This document shows positions 47,425-56,331 of a stretch of DNA of 64,000 bases, one piece after another. Within the stretch, counting starts at the first letter, position 1, and every line of letters begins with the position of its first letter. The DNA is from Candidatus Shapirobacteria bacterium (GTDB lineage: Bacteria > Patescibacteriota > Microgenomatia > UBA12405). A model generated the notes under the pieces. It worked only from the letters and a program-made list of their open reading frames with translations. It had not been told where the DNA came from and ran no database searches. Both the position numbers and the translations under genes were made by a program. The stretch is taken from the NCBI GenBank assembly GCA_041659325.1, contig JBAZYN010000003.1, positions 71,296 to 135,295 on the forward strand, written 5' to 3'.

Positions 47425-48339
47425 TTACTGCATTTCCTCGGAGATGGGCTTCACACAAACTAGACCTCCGGCGCAGGTGAGATTAACGGTTTGGTACTGA
47501 CCGGGATCCGGATTGTAGTTGGTGCAGAAAGCGCCATTGCCGGAACAAGTATAGGTGGGAGCCGGAGTGGAGGTGGGTCTAGTGGTGGGAACAGCGGTAG
47601 GAATAGGCCTGATACAAACCAGACCTGAGGCACAGGTAAGATTTAGGGTTTGATACTGACCGGGGTTTGGATTGTTGTTTGAGCAGAAAGCGCCATTGCC
47701 GGAACAAGTATAGGTGGGAGCCGGAGTGGAGGTGGGTCTAGTGGTGGGAACAGCGGGAGAAATAGGCCTTATGCAAACTTGATTATTGGCACAAGTTAGA
47801 TTAAGAGTCTGATAATTAGTGGAATCCGGATTGAAGTTGGTGCAGAAAGCGCCATTACCGGAACAAGTATAGGTGGGAGCGGAGGTGGGCCGGGTGGTGG
47901 GGACAGCGGGCGGAGTATCGCCACAAGCGGAACCACTACAGACACCGTTTTTGCAGGAAAGACCTGAACGACAACCAAACCAAGAAGTGCATCTTTGGCC
48001 GCAGCTACCACGAGAAGAATTGGTGGGATTTATTTTACAGATTATATCGGTATACCGATTGCGATAGGTGGAATCTTGGTGACAGGGGGAACTAGCGTCC
48101 CGACCGGAAGTGTAGCTATATGTCTGAGAGGGAGAACCTGAACAATTTGTATTGCTAGCATTATAAACAGAAACACGGCAGCTGTATTGAAGAGCGGCCT
48201 GATTTTCGACAACACGGCGTTGACCGATATAGCGTATCCCGGCGAAGAGACCGAGAGCGGTGACAACTAAACCAGTGAGGACAGCAACCTGGGCAAGGCC
48301 GGATTGCATTTTTTTTGTGGAAAAAGCGTTTATAACCAT
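47425..48339 (-). CDS. Membrane-anchored Cys-rich repeat surface protein
   Basis: TM, then three near-identical PTTRPTS..TYTCSGNGAFC..YQT.NLTCA..VC repeats. Confidence 0.8.
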   Translation of the reverse strand: MVINAFSTKKMQSGLAQVAVLTGLVVTALGLFAGIRYIGQRRVVENQAALQYSCRVSVYNASNTNCSGSPSQTYSYTSGRDASSPCHQDSTYRNRYTDIICKINPTNSSRGSCGQRCTSWFGCRSGLSCKNGVCSGSACGDTPPAVPTTRPTSAPTYTCSGNGAFCTNFNPDSTNYQTLNLTCANNQVCIRPISPAVPTTRPTSTPAPTYTCSGNGAFCSNNNPNPGQYQTLNLTCASGLVCIRPIPTAVPTTRPTSTPAPTYTCSGNGAFCTNYNPDPGQYQTVNLTCAGGLVCVKPISEEMQ

Positions 48340-48441
48340 AAAGGATAGATGATTAAACTAGTGATTGATTAATAGTGGCATACGGTGGCGAAAAACACAA
48401 TAAATAGGACGACGTTGATTAGGCGGTGGTTTGGGTGGAGT

Positions 48442-48858
48442 CTAAATATTGGCCTCTTGCTTCTCGCTTATGGCTTTGAGTTTTGCTTTTTTTTCGTATT
48501 TTTTGACTTTGCGGCCGACCCCGATTTCGACTTTGAACCAATGGCCTTTGAGGAAAATGGCGATGGGAATGAGCATGTATTTTTGATTGCGGTAGCTTTG
48601 TAGTTTGGCAATTTCTTTTTCGGATAAAAGAAGCGAGCGGTCGTGAGTGGTGTCGACAACCTGGCCCTGGGAAAATTTGTAAAGCGGGATTTGAAGGTTG
48701 ATCAAAACCGGCTGACCATTTTTGATTTCGACTTTTGAGCTGGCAAACTGGACGGTTTGGGTGCGCAGCGACTTGACGTCGGAGCCGGTGAGAACCAGGC
48801 CCGCTTCAAATTTTTCGACAAACTTGTAGTCGAGTGAATCGCGATTAAAATGACGCAT
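48442..48858 (-). CDS. smpB: SsrA-binding protein (short, divergent)
   Basis: FEAGLVLTGSDVKSLR, R.LLL..EI.KL, LIP, KVEIGVG. Confidence 0.9.
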   Translation of the reverse strand: MRHFNRDSLDYKFVEKFEAGLVLTGSDVKSLRTQTVQFASSKVEIKNGQPVLINLQIPLYKFSQGQVVDTTHDRSLLLSEKEIAKLQSYRNQKYMLIPIAIFLKGHWFKVEIGVGRKVKKYEKKAKLKAISEKQEANI

Positions 48859-48987
48859 GAGGGAAGTAGAAAGTTATAAAGGATTGGATATTGAAATTAT
48901 CTCATACTAAAACCTAGCCTTCTCTCCTTAACCCTACTTAGCTTAGGGTACGGATAGACGAGAGAAAGAGGGGAAACAATGCACGCC

Positions 48988-49126
48988 AAATCCCTCTAAA
49001 TCTCCCTTTGACAAGGGAGACTTCAAAACCCCACACCCTTTCGGGAGCTCCCCTTGACCCTCCTATCGGCGGGCAGGCAAGGGAGCAAAATCTTCCCCTA
49101 TCCCCTCCTTTGAAGAAAGGAGGGGG
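48988..49126 (+). repeat. Mosaic palindromic intergenic repeat
   Basis: Near copy of the array starting near 29896. Confidence 0.85.
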
Positions 49127-49217
49127 CTTCTCTTCAGATAATGTTTAGATTGACGGTATAGAGTGGTTTTATATAGTGGGGTATTTTGGGGAAATGGTTT
49201 GAGGTAAAATCAGGATA

Positions 49218-49709
49218 GTGAATGGATTAAAAATCAGACCATATCAGGATAATGATTCCAGGGCTGTATGCCAAATGTTTGAAGATTTTATTGATTATTT
49301 GGCTACACTTGACCCGATGGGAAGAGTTGTAAAACAGGCAGAATACGGTAAAAATTACCTTGATAAAACGTTAAAAGACCTAAAAAATAAGGATGGAGTT
49401 TTTTTGGTGGCGGAAGTTGATGAAAAAATTGTGGGGACGGGGGTGGCGGTGATTGAAACATTGAGCCCGGAAGATTTGATGGAGGTGCTGCCGCATAAAC
49501 CGGGAAGGGTTTCAGAATTATTCGTTTCCAGCCAATACCGAAGGCAAGGAATCGGCACTACGCTAATGCAGCATCTGGAAACTTATTTGAAACAAAAAGG
49601 TTGCAATACTATTCATATTGAAGTTTTTGCCCCAAATCATTTATCCCATAAACTTTACGAAAGATTGGGTTTTTCTGACCGAAATATTGATTTGATAAAA
49701 TTATTGTAG
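49218..49709 (+). CDS. GNAT acetyltransferase
   Basis: LFVSSQYRRQGIGTTL, N...LYERLGF. Confidence 0.9.
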   Translation: MNGLKIRPYQDNDSRAVCQMFEDFIDYLATLDPMGRVVKQAEYGKNYLDKTLKDLKNKDGVFLVAEVDEKIVGTGVAVIETLSPEDLMEVLPHKPGRVSELFVSSQYRRQGIGTTLMQHLETYLKQKGCNTIHIEVFAPNHLSHKLYERLGFSDRNIDLIKLL

Positions 49710-49710
49710 A

Positions 49711-49836
49711 TTGAAGAAAAAGAAAATTTGGATATTTTTACTTTTGGTTTTGTTGGCGGTGGTTTTTGTAGTTTTGGTGGGCAAAGGGGGGGAATCAAAT
49801 TGCGGGGGAGAATCAGGGATAAAGTGTATGATTTAG
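49711..49836 (+). CDS. 41-aa signal-anchored peptide or truncated gene remnant
   Basis: TTG start, KKKKIWIFLLLVLLAVVFVVLVG...CGGESGIKC; below the ORF-track cutoff. Confidence 0.35.
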   Translation: MKKKKIWIFLLLVLLAVVFVVLVGKGGESNCGGESGIKCMI

Positions 49837-49860
49837 ATAAAGCTGCTGGCCCCCTCATTT

Positions 49861-49993
49861 AAATCTACCCCCATCCCCTCCTTTGAGGAAAGGAGGGGCA
49901 ATGCTCATCATCGTAACTGAATAGAGAGAATGAGGTGATCTCGTGTTTCTTGCCGTAAAGATTGACACTCCGCCAGTTGGCGGATCGCAATGA
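49861..49993 (+). repeat. Composite ~140-bp repeat unit
   Basis: Homologous to copies at 10263, 34454 and 46075. Confidence 0.88.
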
Positions 49994-50055
49994 CAAGATT
50001 CGGAAACGGATCAAGTGAAGAGGTGAAGGATAAGTAGGTAGGATATAATCGAAAG

Positions 50056-50487
50056 ATGAAGATAAAAATAAAAAGATTTGATAAGAATATTCCCCTACCC
50101 CTGTATAAGACCGAGGGGGCGGCTTGTTTGGATTTGTATTCCAGGACGGAAACAAAAATTTTGCCACATACGGTCGGATTTATTCCGTTAAACGTGGCTT
50201 TGAGTATTCCAAAGGGGTATTGGGTGATGATTGCCGCGCGAGGATCTACCCACAAATTTGGGATTATGCCGGTTCACGGAATTGGAATTGGTGACTGGGA
50301 CTTCAGAGGTGACAATAATGAGTATCTTTTCCCGGCGCTGAATTTTACCGACAAAGAGGTAACTATTGAAAAAGGTACCCGAATTGCCCAGATGATGATT
50401 TCTAAGGTCGAAAAAGTAGAAATAACCGAAGTGAATAAGCTTGAGGACAAAGACAGGGGCAAATTTGGATCGACGGGAGAAAAATAA
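50056..50487 (+). CDS. dut: dUTP diphosphatase
   Basis: GAACLDL, ARGS, GIGDWDFRG, RIAQ, RGKFGSTG. Confidence 0.93.
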   Translation: MKIKIKRFDKNIPLPLYKTEGAACLDLYSRTETKILPHTVGFIPLNVALSIPKGYWVMIAARGSTHKFGIMPVHGIGIGDWDFRGDNNEYLFPALNFTDKEVTIEKGTRIAQMMISKVEKVEITEVNKLEDKDRGKFGSTGEK

Positions 50488-50560
50488 ATCTTTTTGTAGA
50501 AAGGGGTAATTATTTTAGTCCATTTTTTAATTTTTCTAAAAAATGTGATATATTTCGCAT

Positions 50561-51193
50561 ATGGGTAGAATACTTAAGGAGGGTTTAGAAAATTGGCTTA
50601 GTAGAATATCCGGGACTACGGGTGCCGTTCCCGAACGGCGTGGGTCTGCGGAAGAAGTAAAGGAGGAAAGGAGAGGGAATATAAAGAAGGCCTTTGCGCA
50701 TGCCGTTGAACACAGCAGTCAGAAAGTGGCTATTGTTTGCACTTCAGGGCTAAGGAGTACAGACCGAGAAAAATTGGTACCTATTCTTGTCGAAGCCGTG
50801 CGAGAGTATACTAGTCTTACGCAGAGACAGGTTCTTGACGGCCTGATACTGGCACAGCCGGAAAGAACCATTGTGGTAACCGACTGTACTCCAGAGTTAT
50901 TAGGAAAGAATCCGAATTTAGAGAGAGAAATTCAACGCCAAATTACACTGAATGTTTCTGGTAAAGGCACGGGGAAGGGTGATAAGCGACTAATTCTGAT
51001 TACTGATCACTTACCCGATCCTACGGCATTACATGATAATAATTTACCCTGGTTAAAAGAGCGTGTATGGTCTATCAGATCAATGGGGGCAAACGATGTG
51101 GCCCTGGCTAAGGTCAAACTTGCCGATCCTTCTCGGAACAAGCCCTGGAGCGGGGAATGGGTTGAGGATGAGCTCGTACGATTCGGAAGATGA
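50561..51193 (+). CDS. Hypothetical protein
   Basis: 210-aa ORF; no recognised motif. Confidence 0.6.
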   Translation: MGRILKEGLENWLSRISGTTGAVPERRGSAEEVKEERRGNIKKAFAHAVEHSSQKVAIVCTSGLRSTDREKLVPILVEAVREYTSLTQRQVLDGLILAQPERTIVVTDCTPELLGKNPNLEREIQRQITLNVSGKGTGKGDKRLILITDHLPDPTALHDNNLPWLKERVWSIRSMGANDVALAKVKLADPSRNKPWSGEWVEDELVRFGR

Positions 51194-51269
51194 AATTTGG
51201 CAGGTTTTTACATTTAGTTAATAAACAGGCGTATAATGAGGGTGTTAGAGATGTTACGTTGAAATTCTT

Positions 51270-51614
51270 ATGCTGATATTAATCTTGCTTTTGATCTTGG
51301 GCTCGCTTTTGGTTTATATTTCCAGATTTAACTTTATGCCGGTAACGGTTAACCTGGGGTGGTATGTGATTGCGGATGTTCCCCTGTTTTATGTAATCGT
51401 AGGGTCGATGGTTTTTGGGCTAGTTTTGTCCTATCTGGTTTATTTGATCAATAGCATTTCCAGATCTTTGGTCCTGCGCGGGAAAGACAATGAAATAAAA
51501 AAATACAAGGAAGAAATTTTGGAATTGACCAAACAGGTGCATCAGCTGGAACTGGAAAACGAAAAACAAAAAAATGATAAAAACCCGGTACCGACTGACA
51601 CAGATGCGCTATGA
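51270..51614 (+). CDS. LapA-like small membrane protein
   Basis: TM, N..PVTVNL, VPLFYVIVGS TM, coiled coil. Confidence 0.7.
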   Translation: MLILILLLILGSLLVYISRFNFMPVTVNLGWYVIADVPLFYVIVGSMVFGLVLSYLVYLINSISRSLVLRGKDNEIKKYKEEILELTKQVHQLELENEKQKNDKNPVPTDTDAL

Positions 51615-52069
51615 AAAACCTTTTGGGGAAGATTTATAAAGCCCTGCATCTTCCGAAAGAGTCCCAACTGTTTTTTATGCGGTTACTAAACGACCGGTTT
51701 TTGGTGGGAGTGACGGGAATTATTTTTAATGAGAAAAAGGAAATCCTTTTACTAAAACATACTTACCGATCACATGCCTGGAGCTTGCCGGGGGGGTACC
51801 TTAAATCGGGTGAACACCCGCGCGAGGCACTGGAGAGAGAAATCAGGGAAGAATCAGGACTGGTGGTTTCGGTGGACGAGTCTTTGAAAATCCGAACTGA
51901 CCGGGAAAGCCCCCGATTGGATATTTGTTATTTTGGGGTGTTGATCGGCGGGGATTTTGTCCCGACTAAAGAAGTCGAGGAGTACGGATTTTTTGCCCAG
52001 GATAAACTGCCGCTACTTCGGAAAAATCAGGTCATCTTGATTGATGAGGTATTGAAAGATCACAGTTGA
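51611..52069 (+). CDS. NUDIX hydrolase
   Basis: WSLPGGYLKSGEHPREALEREIREESGL. Confidence 0.9.
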   Translation: MKNLLGKIYKALHLPKESQLFFMRLLNDRFLVGVTGIIFNEKKEILLLKHTYRSHAWSLPGGYLKSGEHPREALEREIREESGLVVSVDESLKIRTDRESPRLDICYFGVLIGGDFVPTKEVEEYGFFAQDKLPLLRKNQVILIDEVLKDHS

Positions 52070-52130
52070 AACCCGCGGTGGGATGGAGGAGGCAAGTTGT
52101 TTTGTTATTATTAAGTTAGTATATAAATAT

Positions 52131-52973
52131 ATGGCTGACTGGGAAAAAATATCAAGCAGAGGTAATGTTGAAGACAGACGGTCGTGGGGCCCGGCGGTGG
52201 CCGGAGGTCTGAGTGTAACCGGGATCATCATTTATCTTCTGATTAGTTTACTAACAAACGGCCAGGTTGATATCCCTATTGATCAGTTGGGAGGTGGCCA
52301 GGTAGAGGACCAGGAGAATCTTGAGAGACAAGACTTTGAGGGAGCGGACAGTTATGAGGTATTTGCTTCGACTGTTTTGGGGTCTAATAATGAGATGTGG
52401 GAGAAGGTGTTTGAGAAGACCCAAGAACCCTATGTTCCCCCGAGATTGGTACTATTCCGCAACTCCACCGAATCGGCGTGCGGGGTGGCTAATTCACAGG
52501 TGGGGCCACATTACTGTTTTTCGGATGAGACTATTTATTTGGACGAGACTTTTTTTGATGAATTAACCCAACAATATGGGGCCAGAGGAGGAGATGTGGC
52601 GGAAGCTTACATTATTTCCCATGAAGTGGGGCATCACGCGCAAAATCAAATGGGTCTAATTGACGCGAAAACCGGGGAAATACAACTGAGGGGAGAGAGC
52701 GCTAATGATTTGAGTATAAAACTGGAACTCCAGGCGGATTGTTTTGCCGGATTGTGGGCAAATTCGATTAGGGATTTGGATGTTTTGTCACCCGGGGAAA
52801 TATCTGAGGCGATGGATGCGGCAGCAACAGTAGGAGACGACCGGATTCAGGAAAAGGTAACCGGGCGGATTAGCCCGGAAAATTGGACTCACGGCTCGTC
52901 TGAACAGCGCGTTTCCTGGTTTACTAAAGGGTATGAATCGGGGACGGTGTCGGCGTGTGATACATTTGAGTAA
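52131..52973 (+). CDS. Neutral zinc metallopeptidase (YpfJ-like)
   Basis: NVEDRR, GPHYC, HEVGHH, ELQADCFAG, THGSSEQR. Confidence 0.92.
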   Translation: MADWEKISSRGNVEDRRSWGPAVAGGLSVTGIIIYLLISLLTNGQVDIPIDQLGGGQVEDQENLERQDFEGADSYEVFASTVLGSNNEMWEKVFEKTQEPYVPPRLVLFRNSTESACGVANSQVGPHYCFSDETIYLDETFFDELTQQYGARGGDVAEAYIISHEVGHHAQNQMGLIDAKTGEIQLRGESANDLSIKLELQADCFAGLWANSIRDLDVLSPGEISEAMDAAATVGDDRIQEKVTGRISPENWTHGSSEQRVSWFTKGYESGTVSACDTFE

Positions 52974-52981
52974 TATAATTA

Positions 52982-53197
52982 ATGCAGATGAAGAAATTAA
53001 CGATGGCGACTATTGGAGTGGTGTCGGGATTGTACCTTCTGAATCCGGGATTTGGGATATTTGAGCTTATTCCTGATGCGGTGCCGTTTGTGGGGAATTT
53101 GGATGAGGGGACGGCGACATTTTTTTTGTTATCGGCATTGGCTTATTTTGGGATAGATGTCAGAGACGTTTTTGGCGGCTGGGGAAAGAGGAAGTAG
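52982..53197 (+). CDS. DUF1232-like small membrane protein
   Basis: YLLNP..ELIPDAVPFVGNLDE. Confidence 0.8.
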   Translation: MQMKKLTMATIGVVSGLYLLNPGFGIFELIPDAVPFVGNLDEGTATFFLLSALAYFGIDVRDVFGGWGKRK

Positions 53198-53284
53198 GGC
53201 GTTTATTGTATTGCATGATTTTGGTAATACAAGTTACTAAAAAAAATATTCCCAAGTTACAGAATACTAACATTGATTAGTCCA

Positions 53285-53418
53285 TACTTTTCTTAGTCTG
53301 AATTGAGACGGGTAATTAACCCTAATAAACAACAGTTAATTTAAGTAGGTAATTAACCAAAATAAATATCTATTAGTTAATTCTATCCCGTCTCAATTCG
53401 GCACTTATATGAAAAGTA
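53285..53418. other. Long inverted repeat enclosing two similar hairpins
   Basis: GAATTGAGACGGG (53300-12) pairs with CCCGTCTCAATTC (53387-99); inner AATTAAC...GTTAATT twice. Confidence 0.75.
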
Positions 53419-53644
53419 CCAAAGCAGGGGCCAAGATTTCTTTGATGTCGGGTAAAATAGATTTCCGGTCCCCTATTAAAAGAAACGGGTTGCCGAATTG
53501 GCCGTTTAAAGTACCTAGGCATAGTCTTTTGTACAACATCTGGTCACTAATTTCGACACCGCCAATAAACTAATAATCCCCGGAAAATTATCTCCCGAAT
53601 ATTTTTTGGTATACTTATGTATATTGGGTTGATAGGAGGTAAAG

Positions 53645-54307
53645 TTGCATACCGATAAAACAAAGGCCTTTGAGGAGTTTTATAAACAATTTACGGTCCG
53701 TGATTACAAAAAGGGAGAAATGCTTATCCGGGCTGATGACGACCCACAGGGCATTTTTTGTTTAAAAAAAGGATATGTCCGACAATACACGATTTCTAAG
53801 GCCGGCTTTGAGCTTACGCTCCATATCCTTAAGCCTATCTCGTATTTTCCTATGGTATGGGCGGTTAACGGCACACCCAATGTATATTTTTTTGAAGCTT
53901 TAACTCCGGTCGAAGTCGGGCGGGCGCCACGGGACCAGGTGGTCAATTTTATCAAAGACAAACCAACGATTATTTTTGAATTGTTGAGTGAATTAATTGA
54001 GGATTATGCCGAATCACTGATGCGGATTGAACATTTAGTTTTTAGCGATGCCCACCGCCGGGTGATTTCAGTCCTGATTTATATAGCAAAGCATTTTGGA
54101 GAAGTACGGGATAAGGGGATTATAGTTAACCACCGCTTTACCCAGCAGGATATAGCTACTTTGGTGGGGGTGGCGAGAGAGACAGCCAGTATTGAAATGG
54201 CGAAATTGGAAAAAGATGGCTTTGTTAAATATATTGATCATGCCATGGTGTTTAAAGACATGGATAAATTAGAATCCGAGTTATTAACAGATAATTCGAA
54301 ATCGTAA
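53645..54307 (+). CDS. Crp/Fnr family transcriptional regulator
   Basis: cNMP domain (YKKGE, KGYV) and HTH TQQDIATLVGVARETAS. Confidence 0.93.
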   Translation: MHTDKTKAFEEFYKQFTVRDYKKGEMLIRADDDPQGIFCLKKGYVRQYTISKAGFELTLHILKPISYFPMVWAVNGTPNVYFFEALTPVEVGRAPRDQVVNFIKDKPTIIFELLSELIEDYAESLMRIEHLVFSDAHRRVISVLIYIAKHFGEVRDKGIIVNHRFTQQDIATLVGVARETASIEMAKLEKDGFVKYIDHAMVFKDMDKLESELLTDNSKS

Positions 54308-54383
54308 TATCGACGAAGGTAAATTGGCTGATGGTGGCGAAGAGTTGGTGAAGGGACAGGACGACGGAAGTTAATAATAAATT

Positions 54384-54399
54384 TGTTATGTAGATCACA
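54384..54399. promoter_or_regulatory. CRP-type binding site
   Basis: TGTTA-N6-TCACA with AT-rich flank, one mismatch to TGTGA-N6-TCACA. Confidence 0.6.
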
Positions 54400-54464
54400 T
54401 GGAAGTTGTAGTGGGCGTTACTGTGTATCACATCAATTAACGGTAGACTTCTAGTACTTCAGAT

Positions 54465-54632
54465 ATGACAACTACTACAAGGCAAAGGATAACTTTGTTT
54501 ATTAACCACTCGGTGGCCAAACATGCCAGAGCGGAGGCAGTAGTGGAAGAGCTGACTTTGTCTAACCTGGTGGAAAAGGCGTTAACTCAATATTTACCAA
54601 AAGTTACAATAATTAAAAAAATCGAATTATAA
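54465..54632 (+). CDS. 55-aa ribbon-helix-helix-like protein (not in ORF track)
   Basis: MTTTTRQRITLFINHSVAKHARAEAVVEELTLSNLVEKALTQYL. Confidence 0.7.
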   Translation: MTTTTRQRITLFINHSVAKHARAEAVVEELTLSNLVEKALTQYLPKVTIIKKIEL

Positions 54633-54678
54633 GTTGATATAAATCTATAAAAATTTACAAAAAGGTTGGTGAATAAAT

Positions 54679-54891
54679 ATGACAACTATAGTAAATAGTC
54701 CGACTCCGGCAGCTGACAATAGCGGTAGCGGATTTTTGATCGGTGTTTTGGTTTTGGTAGGACTGGGCTTGTTATTTGTTTACTTTGGTCTTCCGGCGAT
54801 TAGGCGGATGGGGCCAATTGAGGTAAATGTACCGGCTGCGCAAATTAATGTCCCGGATAAAATTGATGTTAATGTCCAACCGGCAGAATAA
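54679..54891 (+). CDS. Small single-TM protein
   Basis: TM followed by INVPDKIDVNV. Confidence 0.7.
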   Translation: MTTIVNSPTPAADNSGSGFLIGVLVLVGLGLLFVYFGLPAIRRMGPIEVNVPAAQINVPDKIDVNVQPAE

Positions 54892-54991
54892 GAATATAAA
54901 TTTTGTGATTTTACTAATTTCTTACACATAATTTATATTTCTTTGAGCGAATAAATTTAGAATTTAAATAGTTATTAATTTTTTAAAAAAT

Positions 54992-55243
54992 ATGGGTATT
55001 TTACTTTGGATAATCTTTGGAGGGTTGGCAGGCTATATTGCCTCCGTTATTATGAAGACTAATTATAGTCAGGGCACTTTGTCGGACATAATTTTGGGGA
55101 TAGTCGGAGCGGTGGTGGGAGGATATTTGACAGGGACGGTGGGGCAACCGGGCGTAACAGGCTTTAATGTTAACAGCCTAATTGTGGCCGTAGTCGGGGC
55201 CATAGTAGTTATATATATTGGCCGGTTAATCCGAAATAGATAG
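54992..55243 (+). CDS. GlsB/YeaQ/YmgE transglycosylase-associated membrane protein
   Basis: WIIFGGLAGYIA, IILGIVGAVVGG, VAVVGA. Confidence 0.9.
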   Translation: MGILLWIIFGGLAGYIASVIMKTNYSQGTLSDIILGIVGAVVGGYLTGTVGQPGVTGFNVNSLIVAVVGAIVVIYIGRLIRNR

Positions 55244-55292
55244 CCCTTAGAACAATTTAATAATTTAATAAAATAACCATTTAAAAATAAAT

Positions 55293-55559
55293 ATGACAGA
55301 TGTACAAAAGAAAAGAGAGGTAAAAAATACAAACGGAGTTAACCCTATTGTGGCCGGAATTGCCGGAGCGGTGGTGGGAGGAGTAGCGGTGGCAACTTCA
55401 ATGGTTATGAGCAATAAAAAAAACCGCGACAAAATAAAAGCCGGACTGGCATCGGCAAAAGACAAGACAGTGGAATATTTGGATGAGGTGAAAAAACAGG
55501 CATCGGATAGAAAATCGGAGGTAAAAGAAAAAGTAATTCAGGAGGTTAAAAAATTATGA
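55293..55559 (+). CDS. YtxH-like small protein
   Basis: Gly/Ala-rich TM followed by charged helix. Confidence 0.6.
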   Translation: MTDVQKKREVKNTNGVNPIVAGIAGAVVGGVAVATSMVMSNKKNRDKIKAGLASAKDKTVEYLDEVKKQASDRKSEVKEKVIQEVKKL

Positions 55560-56008
55560 CAAAAATAATCAAAGAAACCATTACGACAGGAAGAAATAGT
55601 AGTAATAGTATACCCGGACCAACTATTGCCACTCCGGTGATAGCGGATGGAGACAGTAGTGAACCGATTTTGACCACCCAGGTAAAAACAGGGGCATCTA
55701 ACCGGGAGATGATCGAGTACATGATCTACTTCTTCCTGGGAGTTATTGAAGTTCTGTTGGGATTTCGGCTTATTTTTAAGTTGGCCGGAGCCAGTCTGGC
55801 TAGCAGTTTTGTCAGGGTGATTTACTTTATCACCGGGTTGTTTGTCTTGCCCTTTGAAGGGATATTTCGCCGGGCGTATGCTGAGGGGGCAGAAGTGACA
55901 TCTGTTTTGGAGCCGTCAGTTTTGGTGGCGATGGTCGTTTATGTAATTTTGGCTTGGGGATTTGTGAAATTAGTGAGAATTTCCTCGGGCGAAAAACTGG
56001 AATCTTAA
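55556..56008 (+). CDS. YggT-like membrane protein
   Basis: LLGFRLIFKLAGA, FVLPFEGIF. Confidence 0.7.
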   Translation: MTKIIKETITTGRNSSNSIPGPTIATPVIADGDSSEPILTTQVKTGASNREMIEYMIYFFLGVIEVLLGFRLIFKLAGASLASSFVRVIYFITGLFVLPFEGIFRRAYAEGAEVTSVLEPSVLVAMVVYVILAWGFVKLVRISSGEKLES

Positions 56009-56033
56009 AGTTAATAATTGAGGAGAAAAAAAT

Positions 56034-56171
56034 ATGGGATTATTGGACATAATCGTAGTGCTTCTAATTCTTTCGTGGTTGGGAGGATTTTCTCTCCACT
56101 TGGGAGGAGGGTTAATCCACCTACTTTTGGTTGTTGCAGTTATCATTTTTGTAGTCCGATTATTGGGCTAA
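56034..56171 (+). CDS. lmo0937-like 45-aa membrane protein (not in ORF track)
   Basis: WLGGFSLHLGGGLIHLLLVVAVI; GAGGAG SD. Confidence 0.8.
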   Translation: MGLLDIIVVLLILSWLGGFSLHLGGGLIHLLLVVAVIIFVVRLLG

Positions 56172-56183
56172 AGGTAAAAATAT

Positions 56184-56327
56184 ATGAACCTATCTTTTAC
56201 AAACTTAAGTCCTTTGACTTCGTTGGTATTTGGGATATTAATATTGGTGTTCCCAAGAATTATTAACTATCTAATCGCGGCCTATCTGATAATCGTGGGG
56301 CTTATCGGCTTGGGTATTTTGGGATAA
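56184..56327 (+). CDS. DUF3096-like 47-aa membrane protein (not in ORF track)
   Basis: GILILVFPRIINYLIAAYLIIVGLIGL. Confidence 0.8.
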   Translation: MNLSFTNLSPLTSLVFGILILVFPRIINYLIAAYLIIVGLIGLGILG

Positions 56328-56331
56328 AAAA

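Noticed and set aside
46704-48441. Island integrated into the tmRNA 3' end
   Set aside because: No displaced copy of the tmRNA 3' end and no adjacent integrase seen.
5181-50167. Short ORFs over intergenic repeats (5181, 10303, 15718, 29837, 34316, 37738, 46012, 49865)
   Set aside because: Translations of the palindromic modules, tRNA or tmRNA (e.g. ACRQAG, LRSANWRS); no independent coding evidence.
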